A DNA stretch of 64,000 bases from an uncultured archaeon (lineage in GTDB: Archaea; Thermoproteota; EX4484-205; JAAOZP01): contig CALIBN010000012.1 of NCBI GenBank assembly GCA_938045545.1, forward strand, positions 32,001 through 96,000, given 5' to 3'. The translations under genes were made by a program, and so were the position numbers. The notes under the pieces were generated by a model that ran no database searches, had not been told where the DNA came from, and saw only the letters and a list, made by a program, of their open reading frames with translations. The stretch's first letter is position 1. Every line of letters begins with the position of its first letter. Below, piece after piece: positions 48,560 to 58,657 of this stretch.

Positions 48560-49942
48560 TTGCATGACGTGATAATAGTGGGAGGGGGCCCGGCTGGAAT
48601 ATTCTGTGCTCTAAGCGTCCTTGAAAAGCATTCGGACGCGTCGATCCTGATTCTTGAAAAGGGGCGTGACATTAGGGATAGAACATGTCCCGCGAGGAGG
48701 CTTAACAAGCTGTGCGTCAGGTGTGGCGTCTGCAACGTTTACAGCGGCTGGGGTGGTGCAGGAGCTTTCTCAGACGGGAAGATTACTCTTGACCCGGACA
48801 TCGGAGGCTGGCTTCCAGAGATCTTGTCGTCTGAGAAGACCCGTCAATACATAAAGAGGGTTGACGATATTTTCCTTAGCTACGGGGCGCCGGAGAAGGT
48901 TTACGGTGAAGACGAGGATTCCTTCGAAGAGTGGAGAAGGAGGGCTAGCCTAGCGGGCTTGAAGCTTCAGAGGAATCCTGTTAGACACATGGGGTCAGAC
49001 CTCTCGTTTAAAATACTGAGCCGGATGAAGGATGATCTTGAAAAGAGCATCGAAGTAAGAGTTATGACTGAAGTTGAAAGCTTCATCGTTGAAAACGGTG
49101 TTGCCAAGGGTGTTAAGACAAAGAATGGTGAAAACATGTTTGGAAGGTTCATCGTAGTCGCCCCAGGTAGGTCTGGAGCAGGATGGCTGAGGAAGGAGTT
49201 TACGAGGCTCAACATTCCTATGAAACGTAACCCTGTGGACCTCGGTGTCAGAGTCGAGGTTCCGGCGGAAATAATGGATGACATTACTCGCGACCTGTAT
49301 GAGCCGAAGCTTAAGTACGTTTCGAAAAGGTTTGACGACAACGTGAGGACTTTCTGCGTCAACCCGCATGGGGAGGTTTTAACTGAGTTCTACGAAGATA
49401 TTGTCACTGTGAATGGCCACAGCTATAACAGTTACAGGACTGACAACACTAATTTTGCGGTGCTTGTTTCAACGGATTTCACAGAGCCTTTTAAAGAGCC
49501 CATTGAATACGGAATGTCGATAGCTAAGCTTGCAAACCTTATTTCAAACGGCGTGGTGGTTCAAAGACTAGGCGATCTCCTGCAGGGGAGAAGGTCTACT
49601 CACGAGCGTCTCAGCAGGAGCCTTATAACCCCGACGCTGCCCGATGCAACGCCCGGAGACCTCAGTTTCATCCTGCCCTACAGGATTCTTTCAAACATTG
49701 TTGAAATGCTCAGGGCCTTGGACACCTTTATCCCGGGGGTTTTCTCGAAGCACGACACGCTTCTCTACGGTGTTGAAGCCAAGTTCTACTCATCTAGGGT
49801 TGAGGTCGACGAGCATGGCGAGACACCTGTCAAAAACCTTTTCGCAGTTGGAGACGGCGCCGGCATCACTAGGGGGTTGTCTCAAGCAGCCGCCTCAGGC
49901 CTCTACGTGGGTCACGTGGTCTCCGAGAGGCTTAAAGCCTGA
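48560..49942 (+). CDS. NAD(P)/FAD-dependent oxidoreductase
   Basis: GGGPAG, GWGGAGAFSDGK, RTFC.NP.G and GDGAGITRG motifs. Confidence 0.88.
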   Translation: MHDVIIVGGGPAGIFCALSVLEKHSDASILILEKGRDIRDRTCPARRLNKLCVRCGVCNVYSGWGGAGAFSDGKITLDPDIGGWLPEILSSEKTRQYIKRVDDIFLSYGAPEKVYGEDEDSFEEWRRRASLAGLKLQRNPVRHMGSDLSFKILSRMKDDLEKSIEVRVMTEVESFIVENGVAKGVKTKNGENMFGRFIVVAPGRSGAGWLRKEFTRLNIPMKRNPVDLGVRVEVPAEIMDDITRDLYEPKLKYVSKRFDDNVRTFCVNPHGEVLTEFYEDIVTVNGHSYNSYRTDNTNFAVLVSTDFTEPFKEPIEYGMSIAKLANLISNGVVVQRLGDLLQGRRSTHERLSRSLITPTLPDATPGDLSFILPYRILSNIVEMLRALDTFIPGVFSKHDTLLYGVEAKFYSSRVEVDEHGETPVKNLFAVGDGAGITRGLSQAAASGLYVGHVVSERLKA

Positions 49943-50005
49943 GCCTGCAGCAAGAGGCTTTCAAGCACCTGCCCTTCAACATTGATTGGGATCCCATCCA
50001 AGATT

Positions 50006-50860
50006 TTAATTGGGAGTGTATTCTCCAAATATGCTTTCTCCGGCTTCGCCTTCCTCCCGGATTTCCCCCTCGCCTTCCAGTCGCCCGGCCTTCTCTAAAG
50101 TTTTCTCCAGCCTCTCAATCCTTTCCTCCAGTTTTTCAAGCCTGCTCTCTATATCTGGCGGCGGCGGGGGGAGCTGCTCACCGCCGGACAGTGGTGTGCC
50201 ACACTGGCTGCAGAACTTGGATCCTCCAGTTGTCTGCCTCCCGCAGACAGGACAAACTACCGCCTCCACAGTCAAAGCCTCCTCAGTCTTCCTAGGCTTC
50301 ACGGGTTTCAGCCTGGCTCCGCATTTGAAGCAGAACTTGTAGCTCGCACTATTTACTGCTCCACACTCCGGGCAGATTATGGATTCCTCAGTTTCACTCA
50401 CCTGCACTTTAGACAAATAGGGTGACGAGGGTAAATGCTTCCTCCTTAATTCAAGCATGGCTCCGGCGACGCAGAGTATAACACCCACTATCCCTATGGT
50501 GGACGGTATAAAGCCTCCTAGAAAATCTATGAGGCCTGACGTGCCTAGGCTGCGGGGCATAAAAATATACGGTACGTATCTTCCAGCGTAAGGCAGGAAA
50601 ACGGGCAGCAGGGAGAAGCAGAAAACAATCGTCGATAGGCCTAGGACTATTGCCGAGCCGGCTACAATCTTCTTCTCGCCCTCTTGGGCGGTTAACAGTG
50701 CTCCCGCTAGAATGATTGCTGCGAGAATCAGAGTGGCTAGGTAAAGAACAGGCTGAAGAGACAAGTAGTGGCTGCTGAAGGCAAGAATAAAGACTCCTGT
50801 AAGAATCAGCACCGCCCCAGTTGTTGAAAGTACGAAAGGGCCGGAATTTTTTCCAGCCAT
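50006..50860 (-). CDS. Membrane protein with double zinc ribbon
   Basis: Four TM segments, CPECG..FCFKCG and CPVCG..FCSQCG, a Pro run and a coiled coil. Confidence 0.8.
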   Translation of the reverse strand: MAGKNSGPFVLSTTGAVLILTGVFILAFSSHYLSLQPVLYLATLILAAIILAGALLTAQEGEKKIVAGSAIVLGLSTIVFCFSLLPVFLPYAGRYVPYIFMPRSLGTSGLIDFLGGFIPSTIGIVGVILCVAGAMLELRRKHLPSSPYLSKVQVSETEESIICPECGAVNSASYKFCFKCGARLKPVKPRKTEEALTVEAVVCPVCGRQTTGGSKFCSQCGTPLSGGEQLPPPPPDIESRLEKLEERIERLEKTLEKAGRLEGEGEIREEGEAGESIFGEYTPN

Positions 50861-50871
50861 TTTTCAACTAC

Positions 50872-51150
50872 GCTCCTCACAGGACTTTTATAAGTTTTGA
50901 TTCGCTGAGACACGCTTAGTTTTACACTGGCATAATGTATGGTAATATAATTTCTCCGTTTTTGCTGCTTCTTGAAACACCCATAGCCCATGATTATTGC
51001 AGCCAAGCATTATGCTTTACAGAAGTATCGCGAGCGTATTATTACGCCGGGTTAGCCTCGTCGAGTGTGCGGCGATGCTTTTCCCTGAGTGCTCATCCCA
51101 CTGTCGAGCGAGCGCTACCAGTCTGGATTTAATCGTCATACACATTTATC
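50872..51150 (-). repeat. Copy B of the ~290-bp non-coding repeat; includes the promoter of the zinc-ribbon gene
   Basis: Ends AAACTAAGCGTGTCTCAGCGAATCAAAACTTATAAAAGTCCTGTGAGGAGC, versus copy A AAACTAAGCATGTTTCAGCTTCAAATCAAGATTTTAAAAGTCCTGCGAGAAGC. Confidence 0.8.
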
Positions 51151-51696
51151 CTATTTTCGGAAAACTTTTTACAACATAGACGCCATCTCTGAGACCGCGA
51201 GACGACATAGCAGGGGATCATGGTTAATGAACTAGGCTCTATAAGTTTGACAGGTAAGTTGCAAATATTGCTGCTGAAGAAGTTTTCCGCCTAGACACCT
51301 TCGGCTTCTAGGCTCCTTTGGATCAACAATTTCTCGCCGTGTTAGCGAAACCCGAAAGCAAACGGGACAGAGTATGTCTCACCTTCTGGAGCACATACTT
51401 TTTCCTTGACCATGCTTGGAACACTGTCCAACTGTCATACCGTGAATTAACGAGAGGACGAGCATGGAAGCCGGTAAGAACATCATGGCTGTAGAATTCT
51501 CTTCGACAGTAGAGTTATAGAGAATTGATGAAGCATCAAGACGCGGGAGATTAAACCGGCCATGTTTACTGCTTAAATATGGCTTCCGGTTTTTCAGCAT
51601 TATTATATGGAAGGATTTAAGCTGGTTGCTATTTTAACCAGTTGTTTGAGGATGCGAGAAAGCTTAATATAACCATGTTATAAATCGCCCTTAGAA

Positions 51697-52608
51697 ATGA
51701 GGGTTGCAAACGACATCACCGGCCTAATAGGGGGAACTCCCATGGTTAGGATAAACAGGCTTACTCAGCCCGGAGACGCAACGGTTTACGCTAAGCTGGA
51801 ATGGTACAACATAGGGGGGTCGGTTAAAGACAGGATGGCGCTCTACCTCATGGAGTATGCAGAGGCTTCAGGAAGGCTCAGCAGGGACAGGACTATTCTT
51901 GAAGCAACATCCGGGAACACTGGGATAGCTCTGGCTATGCTGGCAGCAGCCAAGGGCTATAGGATCACGATAGTAATGCCTGAGTCAGTAAGCGTCGAGA
52001 GGAGGAAGATGATAAGGGCTTACGGCGCTGAGCTCATTCTTTCCCCTGGGGAGAGAGGGACCGGTGGAGCGATAGAGTTGAAACAGAAAATCCTGAAGGA
52101 GAATCCTGACAAGTATGTCGACCTAGACCAGTTTAAGGATCCCGCGAACATTCTGGCGCACTACCAGACGACTGGGAGGGAAATCTTGGAGCAGACTGGT
52201 GGGAAAGTGGACATGATCGTGGTGGGAATAGGGACAGCCGGAACCGGGGTGGGCGTATCGATGCGCGTTAAAAAGTTTAACCCCAGTATTAAGATGGTGG
52301 GCGTAACCCCGAGGCTCGGCGTTAGCATCCAGGGAATAAGGAACCCGGGTGAGCCCTATCCGACCCAGCTTTTCAAAAGAGAATGGTTCGACGAGATAGT
52401 TGAGATCGGCGAGGAGGAGAAGAAGGAGGCTTTCATGGTTGCCAGGGAAGCAGCTAGGAGAGAAGGGCTGCTCATCGGAATGAGCTCCGGCGCGATAATG
52501 CTTGTAACCCTCAGAAAGGCGAGGGAGCTGGGAAAGGATAAGACGATAGTTGCGGTTCTTCCAGATGGCGGTGAGAAGTATCTAAGCACAGATTTGTTCG
52601 AATCTTGA
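51697..52608 (+). CDS. cysK: Cysteine synthase (PLP)
   Basis: GSVKDR, EATSGNTG, GIGTAGT and PDGGEKYLST motifs. Confidence 0.9.
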   Translation: MRVANDITGLIGGTPMVRINRLTQPGDATVYAKLEWYNIGGSVKDRMALYLMEYAEASGRLSRDRTILEATSGNTGIALAMLAAAKGYRITIVMPESVSVERRKMIRAYGAELILSPGERGTGGAIELKQKILKENPDKYVDLDQFKDPANILAHYQTTGREILEQTGGKVDMIVVGIGTAGTGVGVSMRVKKFNPSIKMVGVTPRLGVSIQGIRNPGEPYPTQLFKREWFDEIVEIGEEEKKEAFMVAREAARREGLLIGMSSGAIMLVTLRKARELGKDKTIVAVLPDGGEKYLSTDLFES

Positions 52609-53047
52609 AGCCAACTCTGCGAAACAGTTTAACTTCGTTTACAGGCCTTGCACGAAAATGCTATTAGCTGCTTTTAAAATTATTTTATGTCTTCACTGGG
52701 TCGATGTGAATCATGCAGTGTTAACAACACGTTTCACGGCTAACTCTTTCCCTAACTTCTTCCGCTATTCTGCCTGCTTCCACTATGGGCCGCTCTTCGC
52801 CACAACCATATGGAAGCCTGCGTGAACAACGTTTGGTTTAACAAACTCAGCCTTTAAACAATGTCGTGTTTAGAATGCCTTCTAAGGTTTCGCTATTAAT
52901 TGCTGTCACGAGTGATTCTAAACCTTCCCTGAGGGCCAACAGAAACTACGATCAACAAAAGGCCGTTGATTTTTCACCAATCCCGATTCTGCTGTTCTCA
53001 TAGACTGTGTTTTGCCTATGCACTTTCCCCATCCTGCTTCTTTACTT

Positions 53048-53629
53048 CTAATGCTTCTTCAGTGTTTGTATGTAGGCTCCATGCCAGTTATGATACCAGA
53101 CTTCTCCAGTATATCCGTTAACACTGAGCATGCCGAAGATCCTTCCGTCTTTAATAATGTGGATGGTGTAATATCCATAGAAGGTGTGTGGGTCCTCAGC
53201 AAGGGCTCCAGGGTAGACTCTGTCCAAGAATTTCTGTGCTATGGATACCGCGTACTCTTGGCTAACTGGCATTTCTCCTGAAGGCATACGCGTCCAACCA
53301 TGCATCATTCTTCCGTGACCGTATTTCGTGTTCCACATCATGTTAGGCCCGTATTCCTTGAAGATGCATCCCGTATTTTTGTCTATGAGCATTTCGAAGG
53401 CGCCGACGCCTGTGGTTTTTTCGTAGTAGATTATGTAGAAATTGCGTTCGAATTCCATGATCTCATCAATAGCAATGTTCGCATCGTTTAGGAATGCAAG
53501 GTATCTCTCAGCTATGAGGCTTGCGGCATCAATATTGTATGTGCCAGGGTTAGACAAGGCAAACGTCAACAATCCTGTTACGCCGACTAGGATTAAGACG
53601 AACCCTAGAGCCGAACTTCCCATGTTCAC
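53048..53629 (-). CDS. Secreted or membrane-anchored PepSY-like protein
   Basis: N-terminal TM, EYGPNMMWNTKYG and GMLSVNGYTGEVWYHNWHG. Confidence 0.65.
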   Translation of the reverse strand: MNMGSSALGFVLILVGVTGLLTFALSNPGTYNIDAASLIAERYLAFLNDANIAIDEIMEFERNFYIIYYEKTTGVGAFEMLIDKNTGCIFKEYGPNMMWNTKYGHGRMMHGWTRMPSGEMPVSQEYAVSIAQKFLDRVYPGALAEDPHTFYGYYTIHIIKDGRIFGMLSVNGYTGEVWYHNWHGAYIQTLKKH

Positions 53630-53928
53630 TCCTCTATCCGCCTTCTCATTTCATCATACTGGTCTTTCGTGATTTCACCTCTAGCGTACCGTTCTTTAAG
53701 TATTTGGATCGCGCTTCTATCCCGATCTGCGGATTTGCCTGACACCGTCAGCCCGGCTACCAAATAGTATATCCCTATTCCGATAAGAATTAGAAACGCT
53801 ATCGGCACGAAGATCATATGGCTCCAGCCGAACCCCATCATGCCTCCGCACACCGGCGACCAAACTAGCAAGGGAAGTAAGACCGCTAGAGATGCGACGA
53901 GTATAAGAATCGAGGCCATTTCTCTCAT
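53626..53928 (-). CDS. SHOCT-domain membrane protein
   Basis: GGMMG, TM segment, then ILKERYARGEITKDQY. Confidence 0.88.
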   Translation of the reverse strand: MREMASILILVASLAVLLPLLVWSPVCGGMMGFGWSHMIFVPIAFLILIGIGIYYLVAGLTVSGKSADRDRSAIQILKERYARGEITKDQYDEMRRRIEE

Positions 53929-54338
53929 TTCAATTTACCGTATAACTGGGTTATAACCTGTATTTAAATATTATACGAAAATTTCCGAATTAACATTAGA
54001 ACAATAAAGAAAAATAAACACCTGTACTAGAATCCCCATGATTATTTCCAAGGATTTCGAAGCCTTGACTGTGACATATACGTGGGGCCTTGGTCAGGTT
54101 GCCGTCACGGCAAAGCATGTGCTAAGGGTTGCTACTGTAGCCTCTATTATTTCAACCGTAGCTTAAGCCAGAAAATCGAAGCAAGCAAGAAGTAAATGCG
54201 ATGAAGCTGAAAAACTTAAAGATGCTCTTTCCCATAAGGCTCCTAAATTAGTTAGATTACCTATCCTATTTAAGTTTCACACGTGCCTTAGTCTGGTTTA
54301 AGAAAAACTTGACACAATGATTGCAAAAGAGCATATGG

Positions 54339-55136
54339 CTAAACAAGCATTAAGAATGCTTCTATGATCCATAATTGGATTGCTACTATCGCCCATACAG
54401 TAGTGTTCCACGCCAGAATTTTCCTACCATCTAAACTCCCTAATGGAATCATGTTAAAGGATGCAAGCCACAGGTTTACTTGAAAACCTATTTCGCCAAC
54501 CAGACCAGACAAGCCGCCCAACCCGCTTAAGAGAAAGAATGCAGCAGCCCAGACAACGTTAGATAAAGGACCAGCTAAAGAAATCAGCCCTATCCGCTTT
54601 TTTTCAGAAGCTTCAGTCCATTCAAAAGCATGGTAACGTGGCGCCACGTATGTTGCACCTGGAGCAGCGAAGATGAATGAGCCTAGTGTAAGCAGAGAGG
54701 ATAGTAAAGCCATCGCCAGCCCCCAGGGCCAGAGTCTGAATTCAGACCAGTAGCCGTATCTCTGGGCAGTAAACTTATGCGCCAGCTCGTGAAATATGAA
54801 TCCTGTTCCAACTACGCATAAGTAGATTGCAAACACTAGGAATAGAGTTGAACGCATGCTTAAAAAGTATCCGATAGAAAAGCATAGGCTTAGAACAACC
54901 CACGCGACCAACAGGTGTGTGATCTCAGTCTTACTGGTGATTCTTCCAATCCGAGGCTTACTCTTAGGCCGAGGCGGTGGGATCTCGCTATATACTGGTT
55001 TTTGAATTCTGGCTAAGTGCAGCATTCGACAGTTATGTGCTTCAGGAAGCCTATGGTGGGAGCAGAACGTGCCCTTACAGTAAGAGCAGACGAAGGGCAA
55101 TATTACTTCTGAACCACAGACCTCACATTTAGCCAT
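54339..55136 (-). CDS. AN1-type zinc finger fused to M50 (site-2) intramembrane peptidase
   Basis: CEVCG...FVCSYCKGTFCSHHRLPEAHNC, then HELAH, AGPLSN and NMIPLGSLDG. Confidence 0.9.
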   Translation of the reverse strand: MAKCEVCGSEVILPFVCSYCKGTFCSHHRLPEAHNCRMLHLARIQKPVYSEIPPPRPKSKPRIGRITSKTEITHLLVAWVVLSLCFSIGYFLSMRSTLFLVFAIYLCVVGTGFIFHELAHKFTAQRYGYWSEFRLWPWGLAMALLSSLLTLGSFIFAAPGATYVAPRYHAFEWTEASEKKRIGLISLAGPLSNVVWAAAFFLLSGLGGLSGLVGEIGFQVNLWLASFNMIPLGSLDGRKILAWNTTVWAIVAIQLWIIEAFLMLV

Positions 55137-55379
55137 TTGAATCTCCTCGTTTAAATGCTGAACATGGATTTATGCCGAGTAGTACTGGAGCATAACAAGC
55201 TAAGCAGCGGATTATTATTCTTGTTTTATTGTTCAAGTTTCATTAGTCACGTAAAAACGGTGAAGTATAAAGTTTACTTTAGCGCACGCACTGAGAGAAA
55301 ATTTTAAAACTTATAACGGTTATGGTTGGAACAGGAATTTGGGTAAGAAAAATGAATTGGCTTATCACAGCAGCTTCAA

Positions 55380-58325
55380 CTATCCTTTAACCACGCCTAG
55401 TGGCACTAGCCTAGCAACCTTAAGTGAAATCCCCGCTCTATCTGTGACCTCCACAACCTCGTCAGGATCCTTATACGCACCCGGTGCTTCTTCGGCAACA
55501 AGGTTCATGTCTGCAACCCTAAGGTAGACACCCCTTTCCTCAAGCATCCCCCTTATCTGCCTGCTCGTAAACCTCCGCATCGCCTCATGCCTGCTCAGCA
55601 TCCTTCCGGCACCATGCGCAGTCGAGCCGAAGCTTGCCTCCATCGCAGTCTCAGTCCCAACGAGAACCCAGCTTGCTGAGCCCATTGAACCGGGTATTAG
55701 AACCGGTTGGCCATACTCTCTATATTTTGAGGGGATATGACTGCTTCCGGGCGGGAAAGATCTAGTCGCGCCCTTCCTGTGGACGACAACCCTTTTCTTC
55801 TCCCCGTTAACCCTGTGGTCCTCAATCTTAGCGATGTTGTGTGCAACATCATACAGAATATTCAAGCCGAACTCGGAAGCATCCTTTTTGAAAACCTTCG
55901 CGAAGCTCTCCCTGACCCAGTGGGTGATAACCTGCCTGTTAAGGAAAGCATAGTTTACGGCGCAAGCCATAGCAGCAAAGTAGTCCCTGGCCTCGTGGCT
56001 CTCAACAGGAACGGCTGCTAGCTCCCTATCCGGCAACCAGATGTTATGCTTCCTGCTAGCCACCTCCATTGTTTTAAGATAATCTGAGCAAACCTGATGG
56101 CCGTATCCTCGACTTCCCGTATGTATTAATACCACGATCTGACCGGTTCTCTCGATTCCGAATCCTCTGGCCACTTCCCCGTCGATAATTCTCTCCACGT
56201 AATCTATTTCGAGAAAATGGTTTCCGCTTCCCAGGCTGCCCAACTGGGGAAGGCCACGCCTCTTAGCGGTGACGCTGACCCTGCTCGGGTCCGCTCCCCT
56301 TAGGCAGCCGTTCTCCTCGATGAATTCCGCGTCCTCCTTCCAGCCGTATCCCCGCTTAATAGCCCAATCGACGCCTTCTCTGACAGCACTATCCAGCTCG
56401 TCGAAGCTCATTCTAAGCTTGCCTTCAGAGCCAAGGCCTGAAGGTACATTATGGAATATCTCGTCGAGAAGCTCTCTCAGAACAGGCTTAACGTTGTCAA
56501 CATTCAGATTCGTCAGCAGGAGGCGTACGCCACAGTTTGAAACCACGAAGCCGTTGGCTATGAAATTATGAACGTCTTCTTTAACAGTAAAATCGTAAAC
56601 ATCTTCGTTGAACAGTAGTTCCTCCTTCTTAACAACCCTATCCCAGACGACGCCTGTTTTGCCGAGACCCTTCGTCACTGACTCTAGAAAATCCTCGAAG
56701 GAGGGGAGGTTTAACGGTGCTCTCGGAAGACTTTTCCTGCCCTCATATAGAGATCTTTCAATAAACCTTCTGTTCACGTATTCAGACTCCAGAGCTTCAT
56801 ATATAGTTACATTAGACGAGCCTCCGTTCTTCATAGCGATAGCTACCTGCTGTACGTTTTCTCTAGCTTTTATCACGCGCATCTTCAGCTTCAAGTAGTG
56901 GATGGCGACGTTTGCAAGATGCTTCTTCTCCCTGTTATACTCAAACCCTACTTTACTCCATAGTTTGACCAAATTTTTCGGAGAACCGGATATTATTAGG
57001 CGGAGCCTGGTTGAAACACCTTGTTTCCCTTTAACCGCTTCAGGCTCCATGGTTATTTTCTTAACTTTAACTCCGAATTCTCTTAAAAGGAGGGCGATTT
57101 GCTTAAGGAGCTTTACGCCGGCTTCCTCACGACCCTTTTTCTTGTTAAGGCACAGGACAGGCATATAGAAGTTAAATGGATTTGCTGTGACTGTTTTTGG
57201 CTTAGAAAGCTCTGCTCCGAAGAACGCGGCGAGGAAAAGCCTCTTCTGCCAGAGAGGAAGCCGGAATAGCCATTCAGGCAACGCATAGTTCTGCGAGGTC
57301 TTGTTTCCCAAGGGAACACCCATTGCAGCCATAAGCGAGATAAGGCTCCTTGAACAAACCTTAATGCTGTGCTCAATCGTTGTAAAATCATACTTGCCGT
57401 ATTTAGTTTCAACCCTGTGTCTTCTAGCTCTTGAATAGATTTTAGAAGGTTTGAAGCCTACGCGTAAAATATCACTCCCTATATCCTCTAAGTCCTCAGG
57501 CCCGGCGAAGAACCAAGCTGCATGACTCTTCTCGGTATACAGGAGCACGCCGTCACCGAGTATAAAGCCCATTAGCTTAAGCAGATATGGAAACTTACTG
57601 TTGTCGCTCCTCAATGGGAGAAGCCCTCTTTTCCTAAGTTCAGAGATCACTAGCTCTTTTCGGCCGGGAACCTTAAGACGCTTTATATCTTCCTCAGACA
57701 CTATAGTTATGGGCTCAGCACTTTCATACAATACTCCTTCAAAAGGGTAGACAGCCACATCCTCACATCCTATCTCGCTCAACGGCACCATCCCCCGACG
57801 TGTGAGGAAAGGATGGTCCTCCGTAGCTATTATCTCCCTGCCCGATTCTGTTTCAACCCTGAAAACCCTCCGGTTTGGACGAATCTTAATGAAACGCATT
57901 ATCTCAGTAGGTTTGACACCCTTCTCAAGACTAACGCACGTAACCCGTTCACTGTTCCAACTCTTTAAGAACCCCTTAATGGGAAGCCTATAGCCATGTT
58001 CGTGAAGAATCAGGCTGTCCCCGGATAGGCAGTTAATGTCGTAACCCACTCCACCGGGCGACACAACTCCATCTTTAACGTCGAAAGCACCGACTCCTCC
58101 TATTGGGAAACCGTATCCTTCGTGTCCGTCGGGGAGAATGATTGAACTCTTATATATTCCTGGAAGCGTTGCCACGTTTAAACCTTGTTCAACAGTCTTA
58201 TCCTGGGTCATTTTCTGCAAGAGTGTTTCGTTCGCGAAAATTTTAAGCGGCACCCGCATCCCCTTTTTAGCTCCCACATCTACTCGATACTCTACGTCTG
58301 AAACCTTTTCAAACCTGTAGCTCAT
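55380..58325 (-). CDS. rtcB: tRNA-splicing ligase RtcB containing an intein (482 aa after splicing)
   Basis: PDGHEGYGFPIG, GYDIN|CGVR, GSGNHF, HTGSRG, HRKGAT, PGSMG, HGAGR and EEAPGAYK motifs. Confidence 0.97.
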   Translation of the reverse strand: MSYRFEKVSDVEYRVDVGAKKGMRVPLKIFANETLLQKMTQDKTVEQGLNVATLPGIYKSSIILPDGHEGYGFPIGGVGAFDVKDGVVSPGGVGYDINCLSGDSLILHEHGYRLPIKGFLKSWNSERVTCVSLEKGVKPTEIMRFIKIRPNRRVFRVETESGREIIATEDHPFLTRRGMVPLSEIGCEDVAVYPFEGVLYESAEPITIVSEEDIKRLKVPGRKELVISELRKRGLLPLRSDNSKFPYLLKLMGFILGDGVLLYTEKSHAAWFFAGPEDLEDIGSDILRVGFKPSKIYSRARRHRVETKYGKYDFTTIEHSIKVCSRSLISLMAAMGVPLGNKTSQNYALPEWLFRLPLWQKRLFLAAFFGAELSKPKTVTANPFNFYMPVLCLNKKKGREEAGVKLLKQIALLLREFGVKVKKITMEPEAVKGKQGVSTRLRLIISGSPKNLVKLWSKVGFEYNREKKHLANVAIHYLKLKMRVIKARENVQQVAIAMKNGGSSNVTIYEALESEYVNRRFIERSLYEGRKSLPRAPLNLPSFEDFLESVTKGLGKTGVVWDRVVKKEELLFNEDVYDFTVKEDVHNFIANGFVVSNCGVRLLLTNLNVDNVKPVLRELLDEIFHNVPSGLGSEGKLRMSFDELDSAVREGVDWAIKRGYGWKEDAEFIEENGCLRGADPSRVSVTAKRRGLPQLGSLGSGNHFLEIDYVERIIDGEVARGFGIERTGQIVVLIHTGSRGYGHQVCSDYLKTMEVASRKHNIWLPDRELAAVPVESHEARDYFAAMACAVNYAFLNRQVITHWVRESFAKVFKKDASEFGLNILYDVAHNIAKIEDHRVNGEKKRVVVHRKGATRSFPPGSSHIPSKYREYGQPVLIPGSMGSASWVLVGTETAMEASFGSTAHGAGRMLSRHEAMRRFTSRQIRGMLEERGVYLRVADMNLVAEEAPGAYKDPDEVVEVTDRAGISLKVARLVPLGVVKG
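56535..58031 (-). mobile_element. 499-aa intein with LAGLIDADG homing endonuclease
   Basis: Starts CLSGD, block B ATEDHPF, motifs LMGFILGDG and FLAAFFGAE, ends VYDFTV...HNFIANGFVVSN followed by Cys+1. Confidence 0.95.
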
Positions 58326-58330
58326 TTCTC

Positions 58331-58372
58331 GGGATCACCCTTTAGGGTTTCCAGATTTCCCCGGGTGACCCC
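58331..58372 (-). promoter_or_regulatory. BHB-like RNA hairpin in the rtcB 5' leader, masking the SD
   Basis: GGGGUCACCC-GGGG-AAA-UCUGGAAA-CCCU-AAA-GGGUGAUCCC-GAGAA-AUG. Confidence 0.75.
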
Positions 58373-58415
58373 CAGGGACTCAACCTTAAAACTATGGTCT
58401 TCTTCTGCTTCTGGG

Positions 58416-58430
58416 ATTATTAAAGTTTTC
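58416..58430 (-). promoter_or_regulatory. BRE/TATA promoter of rtcB
   Basis: GAAAACTTTAATAAT. It predicts a TSS near 58393 and a ~70-nt leader. Confidence 0.55.
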
Positions 58431-58657
58431 TACCAAGTCTTGCTGTAGGCTTCCTTGGCCTTTGGAATTCTTAATCTTTAGGTTGAGTTGTGAAAGATAG
58501 AAGTGCAGGAGAGTAGGAAACACCGGTCGTTGGGGCAAGATATATTTTAAGCCTTTTGGCATTTCTAGATTGCGAGCAGTTCAAACGAAATAAAAGGGTG
58601 ATTAAGTTTGAAAGACTTCAACTTTAATAGTAGCCTAGGTGTTTCGTAACCGTAAGC

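Noticed and set aside
52720-52830. Minus-strand peptide GRIAEEVRERVSRET resembling a DinB polymerase fragment
   Set aside because: Too short and weak to support without a search.
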